Shown here one piece after another: positions 9,423 to 18,680 of a stretch of 64,000 bases of DNA. A program made the translations under genes and the position numbers. Source of the stretch: a virus. The stretch is taken from IMG/VR virus record IMGVR_UViG_3300002092_001548, positions 64,001 to 128,000 of that record, one strand, 5' to 3'. Within the stretch, counting starts at the first letter, position 1. Each line of letters opens with the position of its first letter. Below the pieces are notes generated by a model. The model had not been told where the DNA came from and made no database searches. It saw only the letters and a program-made list of their open reading frames with translations.

Positions 9423-11351
9423 TTAATTATTTAAGTTAAGGTCAATTTTGTCAATACTATTATGCATGTAATCTAATAATCTTTGAGTACCAAAGTATGG
9501 GTAATAGGCAATATCACAAATACCCTTTTCATCCCCAACACCCTCCATGAATATAATATTATCCATCTGTTGGTCATATGGTATCCACTTGTCAATATAA
9601 GGATTACCGTCAATAATTTCTTGATACTGTGGTTTTGTTGCTACATATATTTTATGTGTTTCTTTCGGGTATCTATTTCTCAGCGATTCAAATAGTGATG
9701 TGATTAAAAATACGTCACCAAGGCTTTCTGGTTGAATTAAGACCACTCTTTTAAAATTCTCATCTTTGTCCATCAAATCATTAATTGATATTTGTGATTT
9801 TTTAGCTATATCTTCTTTAGCTACGTTTCTGAAGTAGTCTTCAATGTTTTTTCTGGGAATATTTGCTGCTAACTGTTTTTCCCAATGATGTAATCCTTCA
9901 TCTTCATCGGTAACTTCTCTATTTAGAATAAGGCTATATAAAGATTTAACCCATTGTCTATTATCTTTAATATCTAGAATAATAGCGTTTGGGTTTGAAT
10001 TACTTTCTTGAGATTTAAATTCAAAAACAGATTCGTCCAATAAATGTAAAGAGTCAATAAATTCTTCTATTTTACTTCCATTGACTTTTATTGAATAATT
10101 ATCTAAAGCCCATTGTCTAGATAGCGCGCCCAACTTTTGTCTATTATCTAGAGACATTTCATAAACTTTTTTAAACACATTCGCCATTGCTGAAGTGGAT
10201 GGTTGGGACTTTAAGAACTGTGTTCCATGTTCGGTATAAAAACTAAATTTATAATCAAAGCTGCCCTTATTAAGTTCAATAATATCCTCACCAAACGAAT
10301 AGGGACAGGTTGCTACTATTTTTTCTGTTAGAGCGGCTTCTACGCATGGTAGCTCACATGCCCCAGATGTTGCTGGGTGCGAATAAAGGCTAAAAATATT
10401 GTAAATTTCATTTAATTGTTCGTCGCTTACTCCATAACCAATATTGGGTGTTATGAGGGTTTTTTGTTTTGTCCTAGGATTTTCAATATCTTGGCCTCCA
10501 AATGGCGCAATAAAATATTCTCTTGTCTCTTTACAGACATATGTACAAAGAACCTCTTTACGGTCTACTCCATACTGGTCACAAAGGCGAAGAATATCCC
10601 ACCCCTCTCCGTAGTGAGTATGAGTATAAAGAAAGGTATTTTTTACATGAGGATTCTGTTTTTTAAATTGTGCATACGCTTCAATCTGACTATTGATTAA
10701 CTTACGAAGTTGATTTCTAAAAACAAAACCAATAATAAAGCTATCTTGTGGTAATCCAAATTTGTTTAAAATTTCAGATATTTTTTCTTTTGGCAGTTTG
10801 TAAAAATTATCCGTATTAACAAGTGGATACTGGTTTTTAACGTGAGTATGTCCAAGTTTATGTAGTTCTTTTCTTGCGAAATCGCTCCAAGTCCAATAGT
10901 GTTTAATTTTTGTTGCTTTTTCTATCGTATCTGGAAGCAGTGGTAATGAATCAAACGTGTTCCAACATACAGTAGGAACTTTATCAAAGAAATTTTTTTC
11001 AGAAACAAATTGTGACCCCCATGTATCATTTACGGAAAATACGACATCAGGCTTAAAATCTTTGACAATATTTTCAATTTCAAGAGCTCCATATGCAGCC
11101 AACCTTCCAAGATTAGGGTCTTGGTTCATCATTGCAATTTTTTGTGGATCATTTGGAACTACTCCTACTGTTTTCCAAGGGTATCTGCGATTATTTTCCG
11201 TACCGATTTGTACACCCTGCGCTGCATTACAAATTTCGTATTTTCCAGTATCATAAAGATATTTCAATAGAAATTTACACTGCTTGCCGAATCCAGTAAA
11301 GGCTCCGGCGTAATCACTTAAAAATAATACGCGTTTCTTTCTTTCTGACAT
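9423..11351 (-). CDS. Multidomain glycosyltransferase: GT4-like, DUF4214-like and GT9 N-terminal half
   Basis: AFTGFG, FRNQLRK, GACELPCVEAA (GT-B); WVKSLYSLILNRE..DEGLHHW; SLGDVFLITSLFESLRNRYP...GNPYID. Start taken at MSERKK. Confidence 0.75.
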   Translation of the reverse strand: MSERKKRVLFLSDYAGAFTGFGKQCKFLLKYLYDTGKYEICNAAQGVQIGTENNRRYPWKTVGVVPNDPQKIAMMNQDPNLGRLAAYGALEIENIVKDFKPDVVFSVNDTWGSQFVSEKNFFDKVPTVCWNTFDSLPLLPDTIEKATKIKHYWTWSDFARKELHKLGHTHVKNQYPLVNTDNFYKLPKEKISEILNKFGLPQDSFIIGFVFRNQLRKLINSQIEAYAQFKKQNPHVKNTFLYTHTHYGEGWDILRLCDQYGVDRKEVLCTYVCKETREYFIAPFGGQDIENPRTKQKTLITPNIGYGVSDEQLNEIYNIFSLYSHPATSGACELPCVEAALTEKIVATCPYSFGEDIIELNKGSFDYKFSFYTEHGTQFLKSQPSTSAMANVFKKVYEMSLDNRQKLGALSRQWALDNYSIKVNGSKIEEFIDSLHLLDESVFEFKSQESNSNPNAIILDIKDNRQWVKSLYSLILNREVTDEDEGLHHWEKQLAANIPRKNIEDYFRNVAKEDIAKKSQISINDLMDKDENFKRVVLIQPESLGDVFLITSLFESLRNRYPKETHKIYVATKPQYQEIIDGNPYIDKWIPYDQQMDNIIFMEGVGDEKGICDIAYYPYFGTQRLLDYMHNSIDKIDLNLNN

Positions 11352-11352
11352 T

Positions 11353-11799
11353 TTACTTTGAAAATAAGTTTTGGAGTGCAAGTTTCAAATATTCTCTTAA
11401 TTTGATTGATTCTACAATATTAAAAGCAATGCCTACCCCATCTATTTTAAGAACGTGTCCAATAAATGCACCGTCTTTGATATAAGGCTCAAAGAAAATA
11501 GGCGTTGTTTTTTCTCCATTTTTATGAACAGTAGAAAATTTCTTCTCACCACCAGACTCTAGTACGTAAAGAAAATTACAAAGCTCTAGATCATTAAGTT
11601 TGATTTTCTTGTGTTTTTCTGGGTTATTGACATTTTCTTTAAATGAGCCATTTTTTGTCTTATCGTCCCACGAATGCTGCTTTAGCAAGTTTACATAAAA
11701 GCCATTCTTTTTTGGATCCTCAAGAGAGGTTACGCAATCAAAAGTTGCGCAAGTTCCCGTACCAGACTTTTGGGGCTTATAAAATTCAATTCTTTTCAT
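11353..11799 (-). CDS. Putative ssDNA-binding protein (Whirly/PC4-like fold, tentative)
   Basis: IEFYKP, KIKLNDLELCNFL, FSTVH and AFNIVESIKLREYL suggest a duplicated beta-sheet plus helix pattern. Confidence 0.35.
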   Translation of the reverse strand: MKRIEFYKPQKSGTGTCATFDCVTSLEDPKKNGFYVNLLKQHSWDDKTKNGSFKENVNNPEKHKKIKLNDLELCNFLYVLESGGEKKFSTVHKNGEKTTPIFFEPYIKDGAFIGHVLKIDGVGIAFNIVESIKLREYLKLALQNLFSK

Positions 11800-11817
11800 C
11801 CTACATAATCGGAGATA

Positions 11818-12213
11818 TTAGAACTGTTTTAAAAAAAACTTTAATAAATTATCAACTAGTCTAGAAAAAAAGAAAATTACCCCCATATAAAGAAGGTTGC
11901 CACAGGCTATAGATGCAAATAATGATAACCAAGTAGTAAAGCAAATTGGGCATGATACCAGCTTTAAGAAAAAAAGTAATACTTTATTATCTGAGAATGA
12001 ATATTTCTGATAAAGATAAAAAGAATAACTCATTTTCAACTCTTCTCCTGATCTAAAATTAAACTCGTCTATCAAAAGGAAAGAATAAATTGATTTTGGT
12101 ATGAATTTCTTGAACAGCGTGGCATAAAGCGTAAAGAAGTCAGTAAAATACCATAGGTGGCATAAGAGACCAATTAAAAATACTTCCTGAATTAATAAAA
12201 TTAAAATTGACAT
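11818..12213 (-). CDS. Small membrane protein with CxxC (DUF1360-like)
   Basis: Hydrophobic segments; KLVSCPICFTTW. Confidence 0.5.
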   Translation of the reverse strand: MSILILLIQEVFLIGLLCHLWYFTDFFTLYATLFKKFIPKSIYSFLLIDEFNFRSGEELKMSYSFYLYQKYSFSDNKVLLFFLKLVSCPICFTTWLSLFASIACGNLLYMGVIFFFSRLVDNLLKFFLKQF

Positions 12214-12227
12214 GGGTTTAAAAATAT

Positions 12228-12339
12228 ATTCATAATTACCGAAGCGGAAACAGCCATTGCGAACTCCGTTCCTTCGTTCACAATATTTACTCGTAAACTC
12301 GTAAATGTATTTTTATTCACTGCGTTCATAAATATGAAT
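12228..12339. other. Cluster of DNA hairpins in a divergent intergenic region (candidate origin/ssDNA signal)
   Basis: Three stems (12256-12284, 12285-12306, 12312-12332) inside an outer attcata/tatgaat pair; minus-strand loops all read GA...GA; GAAGCGG at 12241. Confidence 0.5.
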
Positions 12340-12375
12340 TATTATATTAATTGTAAAAAACAAATCAAATTTAAT

Positions 12376-12404
12376 TTGACTATTATATAAAAATAATATA
12401 CTCT
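12376..12404 (+). promoter_or_regulatory. Sigma-70-type promoter for the sigma factor gene (leaderless)
   Basis: TTGACT-17 nt-TACTCT, ATG 7 nt downstream. Confidence 0.55.
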
Positions 12405-12411
12405 TAATAAG

Positions 12412-13014
12412 ATGAACCCAGAATATAAAAACTGTGAAGATGAAATGCTTATACAGAATATAAAAAACAACTCTTGCAACTCTAGCCTATTAGAGCTAAT
12501 AACTCGACACAGTGGAATCTGTTTTAGTATAGGAAAAAAGTTTTCTAATTATGGAGGAGTAGACCTAAACGAGATTAATGACAATAAAGATTGGATAATT
12601 TATTCTGCCGCACTATCGTTTAAAGGCGATAAAGGGTCAAAGTTTTCAACTTGGCTTGGCAATCAGGTAAAGTATTACTGCTTAAATCTAAAAAATAAAA
12701 CCTCAAGATATATAGGTGCAGAGGATTCAACCATTGAATTTTTAATTAACCAATACTACAATGATACAAAATCTTCGGACTCTAAAAAAGAAACCTTAAA
12801 CACAATTAGTGACCTACTAGACCAAGTAAAAGATAAAAATATTAAGCAAGCCATTCATTATAGATATTTTTCAAATAAAAATAGAATTTTAAATTACTCT
12901 GAAATAGGTGAGATTCTGAATGTCACGCCACAAACAGTACTGAATTGGCACAATAAATTTATTGATCTTGCGAAAAAAAAGTTGACATCCTCTACCAATA
13001 CCGATATAATTTGA
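12412..13014 (+). CDS. Phage sigma-70-family RNA polymerase sigma factor
   Basis: Region-2-like GSKFSTWLGNQVKY and region-4 HTH LNYSEIGEILNVTPQTVLNW. Confidence 0.8.
   Translation: MNPEYKNCEDEMLIQNIKNNSCNSSLLELITRHSGICFSIGKKFSNYGGVDLNEINDNKDWIIYSAALSFKGDKGSKFSTWLGNQVKYYCLNLKNKTSRYIGAEDSTIEFLINQYYNDTKSSDSKKETLNTISDLLDQVKDKNIKQAIHYRYFSNKNRILNYSEIGEILNVTPQTVLNWHNKFIDLAKKKLTSSTNTDII
12982..13010 (+). promoter_or_regulatory. Consensus sigma-70 promoter
   Basis: TTGACA-17 nt-TATAAT preceded by an A-tract; lies in the 3' end of the sigma gene, upstream of the SSB gene. Confidence 0.85.
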
Positions 13015-13020
13015 TACGTT

Positions 13021-13299
13021 ATGGAAAACACAAACACACAAGGCGACAAGCCAAAGCTAGAAGAGGCTGGAGCACTTTGGAAGCGCACCAGCAAGGCCGG
13101 TAACACCTACCTAAATGGTAGTTTCAAGACAAAGACTGGAGAAGAGGTAAAGGTTCTTATCTTTAGTAACTCCTCAAAGCCAGAGGGCTCTAACCAGCCA
13201 GACTATAGGGTTTATTTCGATAAGCCGCTTGATGGTCAGGCACCGACCGCCTCGGTCAAGAAGGCAGTAGTAAACAAGAACGACGAGATTCCCTTCTAA
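13021..13299 (+). CDS. Small SSB-like protein (DUF736-like)
   Basis: GALWKRTSKAGNTYLNG, NQPDYRVY and an acidic SSB-type tail DEIPF. Confidence 0.7.
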   Translation: MENTNTQGDKPKLEEAGALWKRTSKAGNTYLNGSFKTKTGEEVKVLIFSNSSKPEGSNQPDYRVYFDKPLDGQAPTASVKKAVVNKNDEIPF

Positions 13300-13301
13300 T
13301 C

Positions 13302-14393
13302 GTGAGTATCGCCCTACATCTGCCGCTTAATTCAACGTCATTAGGGCAAGTATCCTTTTCTATCCTGCGAGAAATTTACTCTCGCGGGATAGAGACGGTT
13401 CTTTTTCCAATTGGAGATGTTGATGCATCTACGCAACAACAAGATCCAACTTTCTTTGCGTGGATTCAGCAATCCATCCAATCTGCGCAAAAAACCCATA
13501 ATAGAAAAAATCATATTTTTAAACTTTGGCATCTCGCGGGAAGCCTAGAAAGTTTTTCTGAAAAACAAGTTCTTCTTAGTTTTTATGAGCTAGACTCTCC
13601 AACCCAAACCGAAATCAATATTGTAAACAATAACGCAAAGGTTCTTCTTTCTAGCAACTATGCTATTAGTGCATTCAATAATTTGGGGTGTACAAATTTA
13701 GAATTCATACCCCTTGCTTTTGATTCTACACACTTTAATGTAGACCCTAATCGTCCTAAAGACAGAACAGATATCCATTTTGGACTATGTGGAAAGCTTG
13801 AACCACAACGCAAGAGACATTTAAAAGCACTTCAAGCTTGGGTAAAGCAATATGGAAATAAGCCGGGCTATTTCTTAAATTGTGCCATCTTCAATAAATT
13901 TTTAGATCCGAATGTTCAGTCTAACATTATCGGACAAGCCCTACAGGGGCAAAGATATTGGAATCTAAACTTCTTGCCCTTCATGGAAAGCAATGAGGCT
14001 TATAATAAATTTATTAATAATAATGATATTATTCTTGCAACTAGCGGTGGAGAAGGCTGGGGGCTTCCAGAATTCCAAAGCGTAGCGATTGGAAAACACT
14101 GTGTTGGTATAAATGCGCATGCGTATAAAGATTGGATGACAAATGAAAATTCTGTACTAGTCAATCCTAATAGCAAAATTCCAGTTTACGATGGAATGTT
14201 TTTTCACCAAGGGGCAGAAATAAATCAAGGTAATATATTTGATTGGGATGAGAATGACTTTATTAAAGGCATGCAAGAAGCCGAATCTAGATTCAGAAAA
14301 AATCCAGTAAATACAGCAGGACTAGAACTTCAGTCTAAATTTACTTATCCTAAAATGGTAGATTCGATTCTACAAATTATGAATAATCTATGA
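13302..14393 (+). CDS. GT4-like glycosyltransferase
   Basis: GKLEPQRK and SGGEGWGLPEFQS GT-B motifs. Confidence 0.8.
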   Translation: MSIALHLPLNSTSLGQVSFSILREIYSRGIETVLFPIGDVDASTQQQDPTFFAWIQQSIQSAQKTHNRKNHIFKLWHLAGSLESFSEKQVLLSFYELDSPTQTEINIVNNNAKVLLSSNYAISAFNNLGCTNLEFIPLAFDSTHFNVDPNRPKDRTDIHFGLCGKLEPQRKRHLKALQAWVKQYGNKPGYFLNCAIFNKFLDPNVQSNIIGQALQGQRYWNLNFLPFMESNEAYNKFINNNDIILATSGGEGWGLPEFQSVAIGKHCVGINAHAYKDWMTNENSVLVNPNSKIPVYDGMFFHQGAEINQGNIFDWDENDFIKGMQEAESRFRKNPVNTAGLELQSKFTYPKMVDSILQIMNNL

Positions 14394-14554
14394 GTGACGA
14401 AGATTTAAAATTAATTAATGGAGCTAGCGCAGAATTAAATAAACTAAAATTCAGTGATGGAACAGAATACTTTAGAATGCCAAACGGTACTCTAATAAGA
14501 TCAACTCCTCGTGCCCATAAGATTAGAAAAAGAAATAAATTAAATAAAAAGTAA
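14390..14554 (+). CDS. Small basic hypothetical protein (54 aa, not in the ORF track)
   Basis: MSDEDLKLINGASAELNKLKFSDGTEYFRMPNGTLIRSTPRAHKIRKRNKLNKK; ATGA and TAATG coupling on both sides. Confidence 0.6.
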   Translation: MSDEDLKLINGASAELNKLKFSDGTEYFRMPNGTLIRSTPRAHKIRKRNKLNKK

Positions 14555-14991
14555 TGCCGCTTTATACATTCGAGCATCCAGAAACCGAAGAAACTCGTGA
14601 TGTCTTTTTTAAGATGAACGATGAAAAGAAGTTTATTGACCAAGAGGGGGTTGAATGGAAAAGGGTATTTTATCCCCCTACTTTTGCGTTTGATACCATG
14701 ATTGATCCACATGATGAAAAAGCTTTTACGCGTAAAACAGAAAGAGGTGGAACCGTAGGTGAGCTTTTTGATATGTCAAAAGACATGAGTGAAAGGCGCG
14801 GTGGAGCAAAAAATGATGAAATTAAAGTCAAATATGACAATCAAAAGAAAAAAGAACTTGATGCTCAAGCTTTAAACAATTTAAAAACAGAACGTAAAAA
14901 ACAATTTGAAGAGTTTAAAAAATTAGATAAATCAAGAGTAAAAGTAAAAAAAACAGCGCGGCAAACCACAAAAACTAAACGCGCCAATTAA
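14554..14991 (+). CDS. FmdB-like N-terminal domain protein lacking Cys
   Basis: MPLYTFEHPET...WKRVF pattern with a basic tail. Confidence 0.5.
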   Translation: MPLYTFEHPETEETRDVFFKMNDEKKFIDQEGVEWKRVFYPPTFAFDTMIDPHDEKAFTRKTERGGTVGELFDMSKDMSERRGGAKNDEIKVKYDNQKKKELDAQALNNLKTERKKQFEEFKKLDKSRVKVKKTARQTTKTKRAN

Positions 14992-15065
14992 ATTTTCATT
15001 TCTGAATATTTTAGTTTTAATGGGGCACAAGATGTTGTAATATACTAGCACAACGCTTTTAAATT

Positions 15066-16037
15066 ATGATATTCGAAGAACAAATTTCACGCAAACCTAA
15101 CTCATACCCTTGGACAGAAGAATTCATTGAGGCAATGCATAATGGCTTCTGGACGGATAAGGAGTTCTCTTTTAAATCGGACATCCAGCAGTTTAAAGTT
15201 AATCTTAACGATCAAGAAAGAGAAATTATTGTTAGAACTCTTTCTGCCGTTGGTCAGATTGAAGTAGCAGTTAAAACCTTTTGGGCAAAACTTGGTGAAA
15301 ATTTGCCGCATCCGGCACTACAAGATCTTGGGTACGTTATGGCAAACGTAGAAGTTATTCATAATAATGCCTATGAGCGACTATTATCTGTTCTAGATTT
15401 GGAGGAAGTTTTTGAAGAAAACCTTAAACTTGAATGGATTCAAGGCAGGGTAAACTATCTGAGAAAGTATACCCATCGTTTTTACAAAGATTCTAAAAAA
15501 CAATATCTTTATGCTCTTATCCTTTTTACGCTTTTTGTTGAAAATGTTAGTTTATTTAGCCAGTTTTATGTTATTAATTGGTTTGCAAAGTTTAAAAATG
15601 TTCTTAAAGATACCGACCAGCAAGTTAGATATACAAGAAATGAAGAAAATATTCATGCCCTTGTTGGTATTAAAATAATCAATACAATTCGTCAAGAATA
15701 TCCAGAGCTATTTGACGCAGAACTAGAAGAAAAGATTATTTTTGAGGCAGGAGAGGCGCTTAAATCCGAATCTAAAATTGTTGACTGGATGGTAAATGGA
15801 ATTCAAGAAGATGGATTAAATGCGCCGCTTCTCAAAGAATTCATTAAAAATCGTATTAATGATTCATTAACTCAAATTGGTTTTAGAAAAGCTTTTGAGG
15901 TTGATAAGGAACTATTAAAGAAAACCTTATGGTTTGAAGAAGAGCTATTGGGTAATAATATGACAGATTTTTTCCATTCTCGTCCAGTAGAATACTCAAA
16001 GAAAAGTCAATCATTTGATGAATCAGACTTGTTTTAG
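15066..16037 (+). CDS. nrdB: Ribonucleotide reductase beta subunit, class Id-like
   Basis: QIEVAVK, EVIHNNAY, VENVSLF, EENIH ferritin-like ligands; DFF and acidic C-terminus. Confidence 0.92.
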   Translation: MIFEEQISRKPNSYPWTEEFIEAMHNGFWTDKEFSFKSDIQQFKVNLNDQEREIIVRTLSAVGQIEVAVKTFWAKLGENLPHPALQDLGYVMANVEVIHNNAYERLLSVLDLEEVFEENLKLEWIQGRVNYLRKYTHRFYKDSKKQYLYALILFTLFVENVSLFSQFYVINWFAKFKNVLKDTDQQVRYTRNEENIHALVGIKIINTIRQEYPELFDAELEEKIIFEAGEALKSESKIVDWMVNGIQEDGLNAPLLKEFIKNRINDSLTQIGFRKAFEVDKELLKKTLWFEEELLGNNMTDFFHSRPVEYSKKSQSFDESDLF

Positions 16038-16068
16038 TTTTCAAATAGTATTATAGTTATAATAACTT

Positions 16069-17742
16069 ATGAGTGAGACGACAGAGACTGATATTTATTG
16101 GCTTAACAAAGATTCTCGGAAGTTCCTGCAAAGGGGCTATCTTTTAGAAGGGGAGACACCAGAACAGAGAATTAGTGATATTGCAAAATCAGCGCAAAAA
16201 CTTTTAGTGGATTTTACTGGAGACACAAAGTTTGCAAAGAAGTTTGAAAATTATATGCATCGTGGATTTTATTCACTAGCTTCTCCAATTTGGGCAAATT
16301 TTGGCAGAGACCGTGGGTTGCCAATTTCTTGTTTTGGGTCTCACATTCCAGACACTATGGAAGGCATTCTAGAAAAAGTTTCCGAAGTTGGAATGATGAC
16401 AAAAGGCGGCGGCGGAACATCTGCATATTTTGGAGAATTACGTGGCCGTGGAGAGCGTATCTCTTCTGGCGGAGAGTCAACTGGCGCAGTTCACTTTATG
16501 GAGCTTTTTGACAAGCTAATGAATGTAGTTTCTCAGGGAAATGTTCGTCGTGGTAGTTTTGCCTCCTATCTTCCAGTTGACCATAAAGATATCGAAGAGT
16601 TCTTAAAAATTCGGTCGGAAGGCAATAGTATTCAAGATTTATCCATTGGGGTAACAGTAACAGATGAATGGATGAAGTCAATGATCGAAGGAGACAAAGA
16701 AAAACGCCGAATTTGGGGGTTAGTTGTGAAGAAACGTTTTGAAAGTGGGTATCCGTATATTTTCTTTACAGATAATGTTAATAATAACGCCCCAGAAGTA
16801 TACAAGAAAAAGAAGATGAAAATTAATCATTCCAATCTTTGCACTGAAATTATGTTGCCCAATAGCGCAGATGAATCATTTGTTTGCGACCTCTCCTCTA
16901 TGAACCTTGATCGTTGGGAAGAATGGAAAGATACGGACGCAGTAGAAACAATGATTTATTTCTTAGATGCCGTAATGACTGAGTTTATTAATAAAACTGA
17001 AGGAATGCAGTTTATGGACGCACCTAGGAAGTTTGCAATGCGCCATCGTGCCCTAGGGCTAGGCGTTCTAGGCTGGCACTCTTTACTACAATCTAAAATG
17101 ATACCATTTGAATCAATGGAAGCAAAATTCCTTAATTCTACCGTATGGAAGACAATTCGCGAAAAAGCAGATAAGGCCACTACCGAGCTTGCAAATTTGA
17201 TTGGAGAACCAGAAGTATTAAAGGGATACAATCGTAGAAATACTACCACCCTAGCCGTTGCACCCACAACATCTTCTTCTTTTATTCTAGGGCAAGTTTC
17301 TCCAAGCATTGAACCGCTTGAAAGTAATTACTTTGTTAAAGACCTAGCTAAAGGCAAGTTTACACACAAGAATCCTTATCTTAAAAAGCTTTTGAAAGAC
17401 AAGGGCAAACATAATGACGATATTTGGATGGATATTTTAAAACATGGCGGGTCAGTTCAACATTTAGACTTTTTAACTCAAGATGAAAAAGATGTATTTA
17501 AAACATTCGCAGAAACTTCGCAGCGTGAAGTTGTAATTCAAGCGGCCGCTCGTCAAAAGTATATTGATCAAGGACAGAGCTTGAACCTAATGATCCCCGC
17601 CGGGACTGCCCCTAAAGCTGTTAATGAATTAAATATCTTTGCTTGGGAACAAGGTATTAAGAGCCTTTATTACCAACGCTCAAGCAATCCGGCAAAAGAT
17701 CTAGCACGTTCAATCATGACCTGTAAATCTTGCGAGGCGTAA
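16069..17742 (+). CDS. nrdA: Ribonucleotide reductase alpha subunit without ATP cone
   Basis: PISCF, SNLCTEI, FVCDLSS, APTTSSS, KSLYY and C-terminal CKSC. Confidence 0.95.
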   Translation: MSETTETDIYWLNKDSRKFLQRGYLLEGETPEQRISDIAKSAQKLLVDFTGDTKFAKKFENYMHRGFYSLASPIWANFGRDRGLPISCFGSHIPDTMEGILEKVSEVGMMTKGGGGTSAYFGELRGRGERISSGGESTGAVHFMELFDKLMNVVSQGNVRRGSFASYLPVDHKDIEEFLKIRSEGNSIQDLSIGVTVTDEWMKSMIEGDKEKRRIWGLVVKKRFESGYPYIFFTDNVNNNAPEVYKKKKMKINHSNLCTEIMLPNSADESFVCDLSSMNLDRWEEWKDTDAVETMIYFLDAVMTEFINKTEGMQFMDAPRKFAMRHRALGLGVLGWHSLLQSKMIPFESMEAKFLNSTVWKTIREKADKATTELANLIGEPEVLKGYNRRNTTTLAVAPTTSSSFILGQVSPSIEPLESNYFVKDLAKGKFTHKNPYLKKLLKDKGKHNDDIWMDILKHGGSVQHLDFLTQDEKDVFKTFAETSQREVVIQAAARQKYIDQGQSLNLMIPAGTAPKAVNELNIFAWEQGIKSLYYQRSSNPAKDLARSIMTCKSCEA

Positions 17743-17750
17743 TATCAGTA

Positions 17751-18119
17751 ATGGATCCAAATAAAGAAAATAGGGATGGACTTGATTCTACAATAGAAGA
17801 AAAACTAATGGGAAACCTTCAGTGGTCTCTATTATTTTTCATGTTTAATACCCTTTGTGAATCTAGAAAGGACTCAAAACTAGATAAAGAATTTTTTAAA
17901 GGATGGAAGAAATTTGCATCACAGAACCTAATAGCAAAAGATTTAGAAACTATAAATACTGTATTAAACTCTCCTAAAAACATGTTTAACTCTCTTTTGA
18001 GAAATAAGGATGAGACTATAGAAAGTACAGAGATATATCAAGAAAAATACAATACAATAATGAAAGGTATTGAAAAATTTTACTTTAATAGCTTAAAAGC
18101 ACAAAATGACGATGATTAA
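17751..18119 (+). CDS. Hypothetical protein
   Basis: ORF from ATG 17751; no motif. Confidence 0.5.
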   Translation: MDPNKENRDGLDSTIEEKLMGNLQWSLLFFMFNTLCESRKDSKLDKEFFKGWKKFASQNLIAKDLETINTVLNSPKNMFNSLLRNKDETIESTEIYQEKYNTIMKGIEKFYFNSLKAQNDDD

Positions 18120-18141
18120 TAATATAGTGTAATATACTGTT

Positions 18142-18633
18142 ATGGAAATCGTTAAGTCACAAAAGTTTACAACTGAAGAGGCTGCCATTGTTGACAGGGC
18201 GGTTAGTTCTGTTTTTAATGCTCACAACCAACCTCAAAGTGCATATTTTCCTAATGTTTCCCTATTCATCTCTTGCGATGTCAATGAACACCCTGATTAT
18301 ATAATAAATATAAATAGCTTAGTAGGTGACGCTAGAACACAAATGGTAGAATTATTAAGACTATCTAATTATATTTTTAGAGGCGCATATGTAGAACCAA
18401 GATATCTCCTTGCGTCATATGAACAACCACAAATCGATACGCCAATTACAATTCCCGCTGTAATAGTTGAGCCTATAGCAACAGAAACAATAGAAGAAAA
18501 AGCAGAAGAATTAAAACATGAAGTAACAGATGGGGAACAAGAAATTGCGCCACATACGGAAGTTAGCGATACCGAGCAATCATCGGTAGAAACATTTGCG
18601 CCAATTTCAGAAGGTTCAGTACAAACTAGTTAA
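18142..18633 (+). CDS. Hypothetical acidic protein
   Basis: 163-aa ORF with GTGTAAT at 18127. Confidence 0.55.
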   Translation: MEIVKSQKFTTEEAAIVDRAVSSVFNAHNQPQSAYFPNVSLFISCDVNEHPDYIININSLVGDARTQMVELLRLSNYIFRGAYVEPRYLLASYEQPQIDTPITIPAVIVEPIATETIEEKAEELKHEVTDGEQEIAPHTEVSDTEQSSVETFAPISEGSVQTS

Positions 18634-18680
18634 TTTAAAATATTTTTTGATTGATCGATATCTGGTATATAATACTAGAT

